From: Eledone cirrhosa
Lineage: Eukaryota
Direction: 5' to 3'
NCBI GenBank assembly: GCA_964016885.1
Contig: OZ024742.1
Span: forward strand, 3,596,001 to 3,660,000
Length of the DNA stretch: 64,000 nucleotides
Under the pieces are notes generated by a model. That model was not told the DNA's origin. It was given only the letters and a program-made list of their open reading frames with translations, and searched no databases. The position numbers were made by a program, and so were the translations under genes. This document shows, in pieces, positions 39,794 to 54,301 of the stretch; within the stretch, counting starts at the first letter, position 1; each line of letters starts with the position of its first letter.

Positions 39794-40775
39794 TATATCA
39801 TAAAACATGTCTATAGAATCACAAGATAAAATATATACCATTTCCTCTCCCAATTAGCATAATTAACTATATAAAAAATCGAATAGACCATGCTATAAGG
39901 ATGAGGCTTCTATGAAGAAATCTCCAACAAATAACCGAAACTAGCCCTTCGCGTCGGCCGCAACGGAATATTTATCGAATATTTCGACAGCGTAATCGCC
40001 CAGATACAGTCAACTAAACAGAATTAGGTGTAAAATAAACTAGGAGAAAATAGAATACATTTAAATACCTCTACCATGGTTTCATCCATATTTTGAGATT
40101 TCCAATAATTATGTAATAATTATATAACTCGAGCACCGGATTCATCAAGAGATTTGCTCTGATCTACACACTAAATTTTCCAAAGTGATCGCGCCAAGAA
40201 TTCATTCAAAATGGTTAAGAATCGTGATATATGTAATAATCTCCCATTAGGTTGAGATACAAATTTGTCTGTATTGTGGTGTACTTTATAGCAAAAAAGC
40301 CACCAGTCGTAAGCAACTACCACGCCCTTCAAACCTGACCGCGACTACGTCACGATTCTTAGCTATTTTGAATGAATTCTTGCGCGATCACTTTGGAAAA
40401 TTTAGTGTCTAGATCAGAGCAAATCTCCTGATAAATCCGGTGCTCGAGTTATATAATTATTACATAATTATTGGAAATCTCAAAATGCGGATGAAACCAT
40501 GGTAGAGGTATTTAAATGTATTCTATTTTCTCCTAGTTTATTTTACACCTAATTCTGTTTAGTTGACTGTATCTGGGCGATTACGCTGTCGAAATATTCG
40601 ATAAATATTCCGTTGCGGCCGACGCGAAGGGCTAGTTTCGGTTATTTGTTGGAGATTTCTTCATAGAAGCCTCATTCTTATAGCCTGGTCTATTCGATTT
40701 TTTATATAGTTAATTATGCTAATTGGGAGAGGAAATGGTATATATTTTATCTTGTGATTCTATAGACATGTTTCA

Positions 40776-40779
<4 letters not shown>
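39794..40779. mobile_element. Fold-back with about 430-bp arms; family unknown
   Basis: 39794-40228 is the reverse complement of 40350-40779. TA at both ends. Confidence 0.9.
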
Positions 40780-40867
<88 letters not shown>

Positions 40868-40871
<4 letters not shown>

Positions 40872-41666
40872 AAAATAAATCGAAAACGTAACTGGAGTCT
40901 TTTTAAGAATATTTATGTGTTTCCTTTACCGATTTCACAGTTCTTTTGCTTTTCAAAAATAGAATTGAGATGGAGGAATTGTAGTTTTTCTCGCATCTGG
41001 TTCGTGTTCGAATATTACTTCTGTTTTATGTCGAAAAAAGTTGCTCGAATTGCTAGTTTTTATTAAATAATATACTATGTTTGCGTGATGACTGTCACGT
41101 GAATAAGTACATCTACTTTCACGCCAGTTTACGTTTGAGGGTTCTTTATTGCTATTTTCACTTTAAAAAGTGCCTCAAATTGTTGTTGTTTTTTATAACT
41201 AAATTACATTTATAAAAAAGCAACAATTTGCGCCACTTTTTAAAGTGAAAATGGCAATAAAGAACTCTCAAATGTGAACTGGCGCGAAAGTTGACGTACT
41301 TATTCACGTGACAGTCATCAACCAACCAAATTTCACTTATATTTGAAAAAACAACAATTTGAGCCACTTTTTTAAAGGAAAATATAATAAGAACTTTGTA
41401 ACGTGAACTGGCACGAAATTTATTATACTTCTTCACGTGACAGTCATCAACCAACCAAATTACATTTTAAAGAAAACCTAGCAATTCGAGCCACTTTTTT
41501 CCACATAAAACAGAAGTAACATTCGAACACCGACCAGATGAGAGAACAACCACAAACCCTCCATCTCAATTCTACTTTTGAAAAGCATAAGAACCGTGAA
41601 ACCGGTAAAGGAAACAAATAAATATTCTTAAAAAGACTCCAGTTACATTTTCGATTTTTCCTTATA
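40868..41666. mobile_element. Diverged fold-back with internal repeats of about 130 bp and an HHR-like motif
   Basis: 40868-41195 is an imperfect reverse complement of parts of 41210-41666. ctt-TTGAAAA-gc..gt-GAAAC-CG-GTA-aag at 41575-41610. Confidence 0.8.
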
Positions 41667-41754
41667 CTTTCACTCATAACTTTTTTTTTTCCTTAAAAAA
41701 AAACCCCATTTTTTTGTATATATATATATATATATATATAGCCATACAATCTGT

Positions 41755-41978
41755 GCCAGGCGTATTCAACTTGCTGATCATGTCAGGAAAGGCAACGAAG
41801 ATGCTACAAAACGTTTACTATGGAAACTCACTAAAGTGCAATACAAACATGGAAGACCTCTCAAGACATTAAAGAGAGTCATTAAGGAAGATACATAATT
41901 ATCCGGTGAAGAACTGAGGCAGTTAATGTAAGATCGTGAAGAAATAGAAAGGTTTTATGTCACCACACGTGGATGAAT

Positions 41979-42041
<63 letters not shown>
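41755..42041 (+). mobile_element. RTE-type LINE 3' fragment with (GTA)n tail
   Basis: RIQLADHVRK..KRLLWK..HGRPLKTLKRVIKED followed by (GTA)n. Confidence 0.72.
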
Positions 42042-42042
<1 letters not shown>

Positions 42043-42389
42043 GCTACAGATTCGGGGGGATTTGTGTCAAATAGTTAATCTAACCGTTGTTGCATAATTT
42101 AAAAAAATGTCTACCGAAAAATTTAATGGAAGGTTTATATACATTTAAGCACTTCAAAGTAAACAGTTTTCTATGGTAAAACCGAAAAGAGTTTCAGGTG
42201 ATTTGTTGTCGAAATTGTTAACTATGGTGTGATATTGAAAATAAATAATTATGTATGGTTGAAATGACACGTTAATAAAAAAGAAACATTTTGAATGGGA
42301 ATATAGCGGAAGCAAATATTACCAGAAGATATGGGATTGGACTGAATAATATTGTATAAATTGATACAGGAATACTATTAGACTGGAAT

Positions 42390-43305
42390 GTCTTTAGGAA
42401 CTCCGTCCCACGACCAGTCGGGCGCTGCGATCGGTGGAAACCCCACCTTGGGTTTCAATAGCGGGTTAGTGGAGGGAAAGATCGACGACATCTTTGGGAA
42501 GACTTTGGACGTCGATGAAAATCAACTAGCTAATCTCTTCGGGAGAACATTCCGGCCAGAGCCCATGGACAACTTCCAGAAATCCCTAGCCTGGCAGTGC
42601 TACCGAGGAGATTTGCCAGTTCGGGATAAACTCTACAGAAATGGAAGTGCCGTCAGTCGGGCCTGCCTGGGGTGTGCGCAGGGTGACGAAACCGTCCTGC
42701 ATGCATTCGTCGAGTGTCCGAATATTGCTGACCTGTGGGTTTATGTAGAGCACCTGCTGTCACTTGTAGGACGGATCCGACTATCAACTGTGTCCATTGT
42801 GAAGATCGCCCAGCCGTCCTCCTTTAGAGGAGAAGGACAGGCAGTTTTTTATCTGCCTGGTAGTCATGGCGAAACAGGTGGGCCCGTTTGAAAGGATTGA
42901 AGACAGCCATCTTTCTATTCAGCGAAGCCCTGGTTAACCTTTTCAGATTTCACTTGAAAAGGCAAACCAGGGTGTTGAGGGAAGTGCTGCCTGCCAATCA
43001 GTTTGTTGAAAGGTGGATGAGAGTGGCTTGCATGGTCCGCGTGAATGGGCCTACCTTCAGCATACACCTGTAGATTAGAGTAGAAAAACTGGGAGAGGGC
43101 ACTTTGCCCTAGCGGACAGGGTGACGGTGGTTTTTGAGGGATTTCTACACGAGTGACCCTTAGAATCACCTCAACTTTGGGGAGTTATGTTTGTGTTAAA
43201 TGTTTATTTTCTTAATGTTTTTATAAATTTATTTTACACAAAGAAAGTCCCACATTGTATCGTCTTTAATGTTTCCTTAATGTGAGCCCTGTGTGGATAA
43301 TACAG
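42390..43305 (+). mobile_element. Tx1/L1-like LINE 3' fragment (zf-RVT-like cysteine motif)
   Basis: W...LPVRDKL...CLGC...ETVLHAFVECP, frameshifted. Related copies at 34090 and 52358. Confidence 0.78.
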
Positions 43306-43398
43306 AAATCAATATATAAATAGATACGATGTGGTATTGGATTGCTGAGGAGATTGTTTGAAAGAGAAACACGTGAAACAGCTATATAGCAAGTATAT

Positions 43399-43517
<119 letters not shown>

Positions 43518-43519
<2 letters not shown>

Positions 43520-44160
43520 ACGCACGAGGTGGCGGAGGTCATGGAATCGCTCCCGTAAGTTTTGAATTTTTAACATATTTAAATCATTTGTGAAATAACA
43601 ACTCTTAGTACAAATGCTACGTAAAGCACCCGGCTTGAGCCCCAAAAAATTCGGACCCAAAATATATTGTTATAAGGCTCAAATATTCAAATATTCAACT
43701 TTGTATTGTACACTGTATATCCAAAAAAGAAAATGGCTATAAATGGAAGAAGAACCCCCCCCCCCTCCTCTCCTCTGTCTACACTATATAGAACAGCCAA
43801 ACTCACCAACACCAGAAACTAGATACACCACCCACCCCATCACCTGTGTACACTAAACACGACAGCCAGATAACGGCATTTTCACCACCACCGCTCACTA
43901 CGGCCATCATTACCACCATTATCCCATCACCGCCGCCACCACCCCTTCACTCCTTCACTGCTACCACCGCTACAGCACCATCACTACAGTAATACGGTCA
44001 CATCACCGCCACCACTGCCTCGGTATCGACATCACCAGCACCACTGTCTCAATATCGCTACCGCCGCCAGTCTCCTACTTATTCCAGCTGGCTGCTGACA
44101 CCACATTATAGAATCCCTACTGCTAAAAAAGAGGAAGGCATCAAAATATATAGATAGACT
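43518..44160 (+). repeat. Unclassified 500-700-bp repeat unit, with further copies at 48128-48825 and 51816-52322
   Basis: Shared start ATG(G/A)AATCGCTCCCGTAA, a CAC-rich middle, and a shared end of the type AAAAGATATAAATAGA. Confidence 0.75.
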
Positions 44161-44459
44161 CAAAAGAAAAAAGAAAAAACAAACAACAAAATCAACGCAG
44201 CACAGCAACAACAGCAAAAAACGAGAAAAACAAACAGAGAAAAACAAAAACAAAAAAAAAAACCCCAAAAAACGTAAAGAAAATAAGAATGAAGAGAGAA
44301 GCAGGCGGACGGACAGAGAAGAGGGGGGAAAAACTAAAACTTAAAAAACAAAAACTAAGTCAGACATTCGAACACTACATTACAATGAAACTTATGCTTA
44401 TTCATTTTTGGGGCCCTTTCTGCCTGTGTGTTTGTTTGTTTATGTGTGTTCGTATACAG

Positions 44460-47400
44460 CGTGGTGATAATGCCACACAAGGGCCAAGTGGAATGGCGGA
44501 TCCACAGATGGCTATGTAACCATACATTCGCCAATCCTCGATAAGAGTGTTTAAATATCGAACATAAACAGTTCGAATAACGGTGAAATGGAGACTAGAA
44601 CGTCATGTGACAGACTCTCACCCAACAGGTGCCCCCTGGCTCAGCAGCAGGAACCTGACTGTCAACCAAATACTGCTGATGTTGGAGGAAGGAGAAGAAG
44701 GAAAGGGGCCAGAACCAACTGGACGAAAGAATTGAATAGAACTGTTATGCAATGTTACCTGAAAAGTAACCCCAAGGAGAGGGGCTACAGGAGACGGATG
44801 CATAACATCTGGAACGAGATTGGTTTATTTAAATTAGATGAACAAAAATTGGCCGGGCAGGCTCGGGTAATAAGAACTAATGGGTGGATAAGCGAGCTGG
44901 AACTGGAGGAACTGAGCAGAGAGAATGGCTTGGAGATGGCGGGTGAGGTATGCCAGACAAGCGAGCCAGTGGGAAATGAAGGTGAAGAGGTCCTGAGAAC
45001 GGAGGAACCACCCGAAGCAGACAATGATCTGAATACTGAGATAAATAATACCTGGAACAGAGATACGGCCACCGAGGAGATGAATGCTGACGGGCTAGGA
45101 CAAGATTCGGTTGACATCCTAAATTTAGTGGTAGATGAATTGAACAATGATAGTGGGAGACCTATGAACCTAAGATTTGTAGACAGGAAAAAGTTAAAAG
45201 AAACAACAGCTAAGGTAAACAAAGTCATCCCATACCTTGAGGCGAGGAGCCTTCACCAGTGCAACAATATCCTCAAAGCAACAGCAAATACGGTGAGGAA
45301 ACTACTTGGTATAAAAGCGAGAGGAAACAACAGACAAGAAAGAGCAGACCCGTGGTGGAAGAAGCGACTGAGTGGGCAAATCGGGGAAATGAGAAATGAC
45401 ATAGGAAAGCTTGAGTCACTACTGAATGGGACACTAAAAAACATAGGCACTAAAAATAGACTGGAAATAAAATACAAAACTAGGAGGAAAAAGCTAAATA
45501 TTATCATAGAGGAACTGAAGCAACGCATTGTAGCAAACAGTGCAAAAATCAGGCGATACAAGAACAGAGTCAGTCAGTATAAACAGAACCGCATGTTCGA
45601 CAACAACCAGAAGATGCTGTTTGGACAGCTCGAGGGGAAAGAAAGAGGCAACGACTTGATCCCTGGGGCGGAGCAAACTAAAACATTCTGGAGAGGAATA
45701 TGGGAGCAGGATGTTAGACATAATGTCCAGGCAGGGTGGATTGAGACAGTACAAAAGGAGATTAGTGAACAGGAACACCAACAAACTGATTGGAGTATCA
45801 CAGTTGAAACTCTTAAGGGGCAGGCCAAAAAACTAACCAACTGGAAATCACCAGGCCCAGATGGTGTGCAGGGGTATTGGATTAAACATTTAACATCCCT
45901 CCACCCGAAGCTGACGGCCATGTTCAATGACTGCTTGGTGTCGGGTGAGGTGCCAGAGTGGTTGACAAAAGGTACCACAGTTCTGGTAATGAAAGACCGA
46001 ATCAAGGGTAATGATGTTACCAACTATAGACCTATCACATGTCTGTCCGTAATGTGGAAACTGTTGACGAGCATTGTGTCTGAGGAAATCTACCATCACC
46101 TCCACACAAACAACTTGTTACCGGACGAACAGAAAGGATGCCGAAAGAAGTCACGTGGTACAAAGGACCAGTTACTTATTGATAAGATGGTAATGGGGAA
46201 TTGCAGGAGGAGACACACTGATCTTGCCATGGGATGGATAGACTACAGAAAGGCATTTGACATGGTGCCTCATTCTTGGATCACCAAAAGCCTGGAGATC
46301 TTCAGGGTGGCAGATAACATCAGACAGTTGCTAGGCAGGAGTATGGGGTCCTGGGAGACAGAGTTGACATCAACTGGAGTATCCTTGGGAAGCGTGAAGA
46401 TCAAGAGAGCTATCTTCCAGGGAGATAGCCTGTCCCCTCTGTTGTTTGTCCTTACCCTGATGCCCTTGACCATTATGCTGCGAAAAGTGAGAGCAGGATA
46501 CAAGTTGGGAAGGGGAGAGCTTACCATCAATCACCTCCTCTTCATGGACGATCTAAAGCTCTTCGGGAAAAGTGAGAAGGAGTTGGATGTGCTTGTTGAC
46601 ACTGTCCGTATTTTCAGCAGTGATATATGTATGCAGTTTGGTATTGGTAAATGTGGAGTCATTGTGATGAGGAGGGGTAGGTTGAGCAGAAGTAACGGGA
46701 TCCAGATATCAACAGGTGAGATGATAAAGGAAATTGACTCTGAGGAAGGATACAAGTATTTGGGCGTTCTGGAGGCTGATGGCATAAAGAACAAAAAAAT
46801 GAAGGAATTGTTAAGAACTGAATACATTCGGAGAATAAGGAGCGTATTGAAGTCACATCTGAACAGCAGAAATGCCATAAGCGCAGTAAATTCCCGAGCT
46901 GTGTCTATTATTAGGTACAGTGCGGGAATTCTGAGATGGAATGTTGCTGAACAAAAAGAAATGGATAGGAAGACTAGGAAGCTATTGACTATCTCTACAA
47001 CATGTTCCACAAGAGGAGTGATGTCGATAGACTCTACCTAAGGAGATCTGAGGGTGGAAGAGGTATTATCAGCATAGAGGACTGTGTTCAGATGGAGAAA
47101 AACAACCTATACAAATACGTGACCTATAGTAAGGAGCCAATGCTCAGAACTGTACTGAAGGAGGGGACAGTAGGCCAGGGGATGTCCAAGGAGGAAATAA
47201 TATCAAGGAGGAAGAGCAGCCTTAAGGGAAAATCCCTTCATAGTACCTTCTTTGAGAAAACTGAATTTAGAGATCCACAGACATGGAACTGGTTGAGAAG
47301 AGGAGACCTCAAAAAGGCTACAGAAGGAATGCTAATGGCTGCGCAGGAGCAGGCCCTCAAAACGAAGTGGTTGAAGCACCATATTTACAAGGAGGAGGCT

Positions 47401-48092
47401 AGCCCACTGTGCGGGATCTGTGGAGAGAGAGAGGATACTGTGGCTCACATTGTGTCCGAGTGTAAACACCTAGCCCAGACCCACTATAAGGGCTGGAGAC
47501 ACGATGTGATGGGCAGGGTGATCCACTGGCACCTGTGCAAAGTAAACAATTTACCACATTCTGAGAAATGGTATGAGCATAGGCCAGAGGCGGTGATGGA
47601 GAACGATCAGGTGAAGGTGCTGTGGGATTTTAGGATACAGACGGACAAAAAACTGGAACACAATAGACCTGACCTGGTGGTTGTGGACAAAGAAAAAAGA
47701 TCGTGTCTGATTGTGGATGTGGCCTGCCCGTTCGACACGAGAGTGCAAGAGAAGGAGAGGGAGAAAATTAACCGATACCAGGACCTAAAGTGGGAGGTGA
47801 AAAGGATTTGGAACTGCCATGAAGTCAAAGTGATCCCGATTGTCATAGGCGCACTGGGGACTATCTCCAAAAGTTTCCAGGGATGGTTAAAGAAAATCGG
47901 CCCCTTCACGCTTTTTGGAACGCTTCAAAAGGCATGCTTGCTTGGAACAGCAAGAACCCTCCGATACGTCCTGAATATCTGAGGCTGCAGGTAGAGGCTT
48001 GATATTCAATCCAACGGACTTTCCAGTTAACCAACATCAATGACTGAGATTCAAGGAATAACAACAATAATAATAATAATAATAATAATAAT
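44460..48092 (+). mobile_element. Near full-length R4/Dong-like RLE non-LTR retrotransposon ending in (TAA)n
   Basis: Single-ORF RT plus CCHC plus RLE architecture, short 3' UTR, (TAA)n tail. Confidence 0.9.
44588..47982 (+). CDS. RT plus restriction-like endonuclease polyprotein with one frameshift near 46993
   Basis: WKSPGPDG, NYRPITCL, IDYRKAFDMV, IFQGDSLSPLLF, LFMDD, YKYLG; CGIC..DTVAHIVSEC; RHD; RPDLVVVD..IVDVACP..EKINRYQDL. ATCTCTAC suggests a 2-bp duplication of ATCTAC (TIYNMFH). Confidence 0.92.
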
Positions 48093-49084
48093 AGGGAAGA
48101 ATAATAATAATAAGAAGAAGGGAAGAAGACGCACGAGGTGGTAGAAGGTCATGAAATCGCTCCCGTAAGTTTTTTTATTTTTAACATATTTAAATCAATT
48201 GTGAAATAACAATTCTTAGTACAAATGTTGCATAAACCACCGAATGAGGTCCCATAAAGTTTCGGATCCATATTATATTGTTGTATCGCTCAAATATTCA
48301 ATTTTGTATTATATATTTTGTATTAAAAAAAACGAAAATGGTTATAAATGGAAGAAAACACCCTCTGTCTACACTATATAGAACAGCCAAATAACAGCAA
48401 TTTCACCAACACCAGAAACTTGATACACCACCTATCCCATCACACTAAATATAACAGCCAGATAACGGCAATTTCACGACCACCACCATCAATCCCAGCA
48501 TCATAATAATAATTACTATTATTATTGTCTCAAATTTTAACAAAATGTTTAATTCCAATTTTACGGGAATATGTCAACACAATATATATTAAACATACGA
48601 ACACAAACTCATAGATACTACATATCAGTAACCACAACGCCACCGCTTCCACCACCCCACCCATCCATCATTGCGACCACTATCCCATCGCCGCCGCCAC
48701 CACTCCTTCATTGCTACCACCACTATTCCCCTGTTAACTTGAGAGAGAAAGGGGAAGGTGGCGGTATCACTAGACAAGGGAGAGGCTAGCAAAAGATATA
48801 AATAGATTGACTTAGTGACCTGGCCACCGGCCAAATGTCAACATCAACAACTATGGGACTGCTGGCTCACCCCTTCCTCACCAACAATATAAAAAGCCCC
48901 GGCACCACCACCGACATAGCCAACAACAATAATAGGCAACTACAGCAAAAAGTATATTATATTATTGTAATGCACTGGGTGATTGCTGGCCTTGTGCCTG
49001 GAGTGGAGACAATTATAAATAATTTCATTCTTAAGCCATGCAATGATAATAACAATTTAAAAAAAAACAACAAAAAGAAAACCC

Positions 49085-50477
49085 CGTGACCAAGAAATAC
49101 CGGGATGGCGGCCGGCGGGGAATAGCCGTGTCTCTAGGGGAGAACGACCCCTCTAGTCTTGGTTGACACTCGTTCTAGAAGTGATAACACGAAATGATTA
49201 CCCCTTGGCGGATAAGGATAAAACGCGAAAAAATAAAGTAAATGTCTAATGATAAAATCTCATACCGGATCGGCCGTCACCCAGGTAAAAAAGGGCCGCG
49301 TCCCTCAGAGAGGAACCAGACTGGGGTCGAAAAATCAGCTAATGGTTCAAACCTTCCCATCACTTCGGAGCTGGAGACCTCCCATAACCGGAATACTCCT
49401 ACTGTTGGCCCTCCATGCTCACCACCAAGAAATCCAAAGAAAAAGAGAGAAAAATGGTTAAGGGAAGATAATAAAGAAGTCCTTGAGGCTTTCTACACTG
49501 CCATGTACTACCCATCAAATATATCGAATACAGAACAGACATATATCAACTGGAAAAAGAAACATCCCGAAAACAGAGGCTATATTGACAGTAACAAACT
49601 AGCCAATATACGAAGAAATATTGTAAGAAAAAAGTTACTAACTGATATAGAAATTGTTCAGATCAAGCTATTAGCACAAAGTCAGCGAAGGGAAAATGAA
49701 ACATGTGTCAGTGAAAACGAGTTAAATTGTAACACTTCGAATCCCAGGGTTGGGGCGGAATCACTGGCAACAGAACAAATTAAAGAAAGGATCGAAAAAG
49801 TGGAGGGAGTGCATGCTCAGGATGAAACTCCAAGTGAAAATAATGAGATCGTAAATGATAAAGAAATGAATGAGAATGAACTTGCCAACTTGAAGGAGGA
49901 AATTATGATCGAATGTATGAAAATGAAAGAATCTGACATGGGGCAACGAGACACCCTCCCTAAGATCCAGAACTCCAAACAGAACCAAAAGATAATACAC
50001 AAGACTAACATAATTCTCAAAAACATTATCATCACAAACAAACTAAACATTACTGATTTAAATCATCTCTATTATGCATCGGCTAAAGTCACCACTCACT
50101 TATGTGGAGTGAAGATGAAAAAACAAAGGAATTCCCACAAGAAATCTACTTGGCAAGAGAACATCAATCGCCAAATAAACCTTCTCCGATCTGACATAGA
50201 AATGTTAACAAACTATAAAGTAGGTGAACATGTTAAACAAACTAAACTTAGAAAATTGAAAAAAAAGTACAGTATAAAATCAACATGTGACATAGACATG
50301 CTGATAGAAATAATCAAGCAAAAAGTGTCGGCCAAAGCTGCTCGTATAAGGCGCTTTGAAAAACGATCTAGATTCTATAAGGACAATAATATGTTCAAAA
50401 ACAACCAAACAAACTTCTACAGAAAAATTGGTAAGTCAACAATAACTGCTAAATCAATACCACCCAAGGAGGAAGTG
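49085..50477 (+). mobile_element. 5' portion of a second, divergent R4/Dong-like element
   Basis: ORF 49242-50489 parallels the N-terminus of 44588 (KWLREDNKEV, KQKVSAKAARIRRF, NNMFKNNQTNFY) and is truncated before the RT. Confidence 0.82.
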
Positions 50478-51801
50478 ATTTTAATGTGATTTTAATACGC
50501 TCCTTACGCTCCGAATGTATTCAGATCTTATCAATTCCTTCATTTTTTTGTTCTTGATGTCATCAGCCTCCAGAACACCCAAATACTTGTATCCTTCTTC
50601 AGTGTCAATTTCCTTTATCATCTCACCTGTTAGTACCTGGATTCCGTTGCTTCTGCTCAATTTACCCCCACTTCATCACAAGGACTCCAAACTTACTAAT
50701 ACCAAATTGCATACATATATCATTGCTGAAAATATGGACAGTGTCAACAAGCATATCCAACTCCTTCTCACTCTTCCCGAAGAGCTTAAGATCGTCCATG
50801 AAGAGGAGGTGATTGATGGTACGATCTCCTTTTCCCAACTTGTATCCTGCTCTCATTTTTCGCATTATAATGGGCAAAGACAAAGAACAGAGGGGACAGA
50901 CTATCTCCATGGAAGATATCTCTCTTGATGTTCACGCCTCCCAAGGATTCTCCAGCTGATGTTAACTCTGTTTTCCAGGACTTCATACTTTTGCTCAACA
51001 ACTGTCTGATGTTATCTGCCACCTTGAAGATCTCTAGGCTTTTGGTGATCCAAGAATGAGGCACCATGTCAAATGCCTTTTTGTAGTCTATCCATCCCAT
51101 GGAAAGACCAGTGTGTCTCCTCTTGCAAATTCCTCATTACCATCTTATCAACAAGTAACTGGCCCTTTGTACTACGGGTCTTCTTTCGGCATCCTTTCTG
51201 TTCGTCCGGTAACAAGTTGTTTGTGTGGAGGTGATGGTAGATTTCCTCAAACACAATGCTTGTTAACAGTTTCCACATTACGGACAGACATGTGATAGGT
51301 CTATAGTTGGTAACATCATTAACCTTGATTCGGTCTTTCATTACCAGAACTGTGGTACCTTTTGTAAACCACTCTGGTACCTCACCTGACATCAAGCAGT
51401 CATTGAACATGGTTGTCAGTTTCGGGTGGAGGGATCTTATATTTTTAATCCAATACCCCTGCACACCATCTGGGCCTGGTGATTTCCAGTTGGTTAGTTT
51501 TTTGGCCTGCCCCTTAAGAGTTTCAACTGTGATGCTCCAATCAGTTTGTTGGTGTTCCTGTTCACTAATCTCCTTTTGTACTGTCTCAATCCACACTGCC
51601 TGGTCATTATGTTTAACATCCTGCTCCCATATTCCTCTCCAGAATGTTTTAGTTTGTTCCGCCTTAGGGATCTAGTCGTTGCCTCTTTCTTTCCCTTCAA
51701 GCTGTCCAAATAACATCTTCTGGTTGTTGTCAAACATGCGGTTCTGTCTATACTGACTGACTCTGGTCTCGTATCGCCTAATTTTTGCACTCTTTGCTAC
51801 A
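50478..51801 (-). pseudogene. Inverted, frameshifted RT fragment of the 44588 family
   Basis: Corresponds to about 45527-46862, with near-identical peptides. Confidence 0.92.
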
Positions 51802-52357
51802 TGGTGGATATATCGTTATGGAATCGCTCCCGTAACTTTTTGATTTTTACAGTTTACGCTCAGCATGCCACAACGCATCATATTACAGCATAGGGCCCCA
51901 ATATTTAATATTTAATTTTGGATCTGAAATGTTATAGTTGAAAAAGAGAAAAATGGCAAAATGGCTAAGTGGACAGACAGGCAAATAATTTCACCACCAA
52001 CACCTTCAACACTGCCACGCCAAAAACTCTAGTCAAGTTACCTCAACTTCTATTTCGACTTCAACTTCAACACCATCACTACAGTACTACGATCACATCA
52101 CCACCACCACTGCCTCATTATCGCTACCGCCGCTATTCTCTCCCACTACCTCCTGCTAAGTACTACTAGCACAGCAGCACCACCACCACCACCATCACCA
52201 CTGCCTCATTATCGCTACCGCAATTATTCTCTCCCACTACCGCCTGTTAAGACAGGCATCGTAGTACCCCACTAAAAGAGGAAGGCATCAAAAGATATAA
52301 ATAGACTGATTTGATGACCCGGTCAAAAAAAATCAAAAATTATTATTATTATTATTA

Positions 52358-52805
52358 GTATGGTGGACACGTTTGAAAGGGCTGAAGACGAGCACTTACC
52401 TCTTCGGTGATGCCCTGATTAACTTTTTCAAATTTCATTTGAAAAGGAAAATCAGGGTAGAAAGGGAAGTGCTCCTTTCCCGGCATTTTGTTGAAAGATG
52501 GGTGAGAGAGGCAAGAATGGCCCGACTGAATGGGCCTACTCTGAGTATGTGTCTGTAAATTAAAGGTGGAAAACTGGGCGAGGGCACTTGCCCTGGTGGT
52601 CAGGGTCACTGTGGCTTCTTAATGGGCTTTCTCCACGAATGTCCCTCGGAAGTCTCCCCCCTATTGGGGAATTTTTTCATTGTTCTATTATTACATCCTC
52701 TGTTTCTTGTTTTTTACACGCAGAAATGCCCATTTGTACCGTCCGGTATTGTCCTGTACTGTCCTTAATGTCTACTTTATGTAAACCCTTGTGCTTAATA
52801 AAGAA
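52358..52805 (+). mobile_element. Tx1/L1-like 3' end, same family as 42390
   Basis: KGLKT...LINFFKFHLKRK...NGPTLS matches 42888-43073. Confidence 0.78.
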
Positions 52806-52848
52806 AGTATTATTATTATTTTTTATTTATTTTTTATTTATTTATTTA

Positions 52849-52913
<65 letters not shown>

Positions 52914-53023
52914 ACAAAAAATATTATTATAGTTATAGTAATAATAATCGTAATACTGAAAACTATGGTTTCAAGGATTTGCGTGCACTATTTAATTTTT
53001 TTTTATATCGCTGATTCTCTCGC

Positions 53024-53102
<79 letters not shown>

Positions 53103-53239
53103 CATACCTATATATATATGTGCATGTATTTATGTATATACATACTACTGTATGTCTGTATATATATATGTATGTACGTATATATAAAAGTATCAGCCGT
53201 ACTAAGTGTGAAAAATGAAATTTCATTGTTTTCCTTTAA

Positions 53240-53270
<31 letters not shown>

Positions 53271-53293
53271 AAGGAGGGGGGGATATATTTACA

Positions 53294-53350
<57 letters not shown>

Positions 53351-53353
53351 GTA

Positions 53354-53457
<104 letters not shown>

Positions 53458-53527
53458 AGAGCGAGTATTTATGAGTTTGTGTATGTGCCTTCCTGTGTAT
53501 CAGCATGAGACTAAAGGCGTGTGTGTG

Positions 53528-53588
<61 letters not shown>

Positions 53589-54143
53589 ATGTACTCGTGC
53601 GTATGCCTGTGTTCATGTGTCAAATATGCTTAATGGTCTAAAAACAGAGTCAAAGAAAATAATAAGCAGAAAAGGTAAAGATGATGAGGAACTACTCAGA
53701 AAATAACTACTGCCTGAGTAGTTTGTTAGGAGAAGATAATAATTATCAACTTTAGAATATATAGACCTCTCATATAGAGACAATGCCTGGCTACATGAAG
53801 CTAAATATCAGCCATTTTTTATTGGCAAACTCTTTAAATACCAAATTAGCAGAATCTTTCACCCATTAAATTGCTCCAACATTGCATCTGATGTGAAGAA
53901 AATGAAGAAACAAAAAGAGAAACAAGACATAAATCTCATCTTTAATCTCTCTGCTTTAAAATAGATGCCGTTCGTGGGTAATCGACTTGAGAATATTATT
54001 GCACAAGAGCATGTGTGGCTGAATAGAGTGGTGTCTCACATATTAATCTAGATCTGCTTTGGGGCGTTCTAGTTTACAATGACAATTATATGGAAATCTC
54101 CAGCGTAGAACTTATAATAAAGATATGCTAGGAATAGCGGTGA

Positions 54144-54220
<77 letters not shown>

Positions 54221-54301
54221 CATATATATATAAATATATATATATAAATACATATATATATATATATATATATATAGATATATATAGATATAGATATATA
54301 T

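Noticed and set aside
44618-47909. Antisense ORFs over the LINE
   Set aside because: They are shadow frames of the RT-RLE coding strand.
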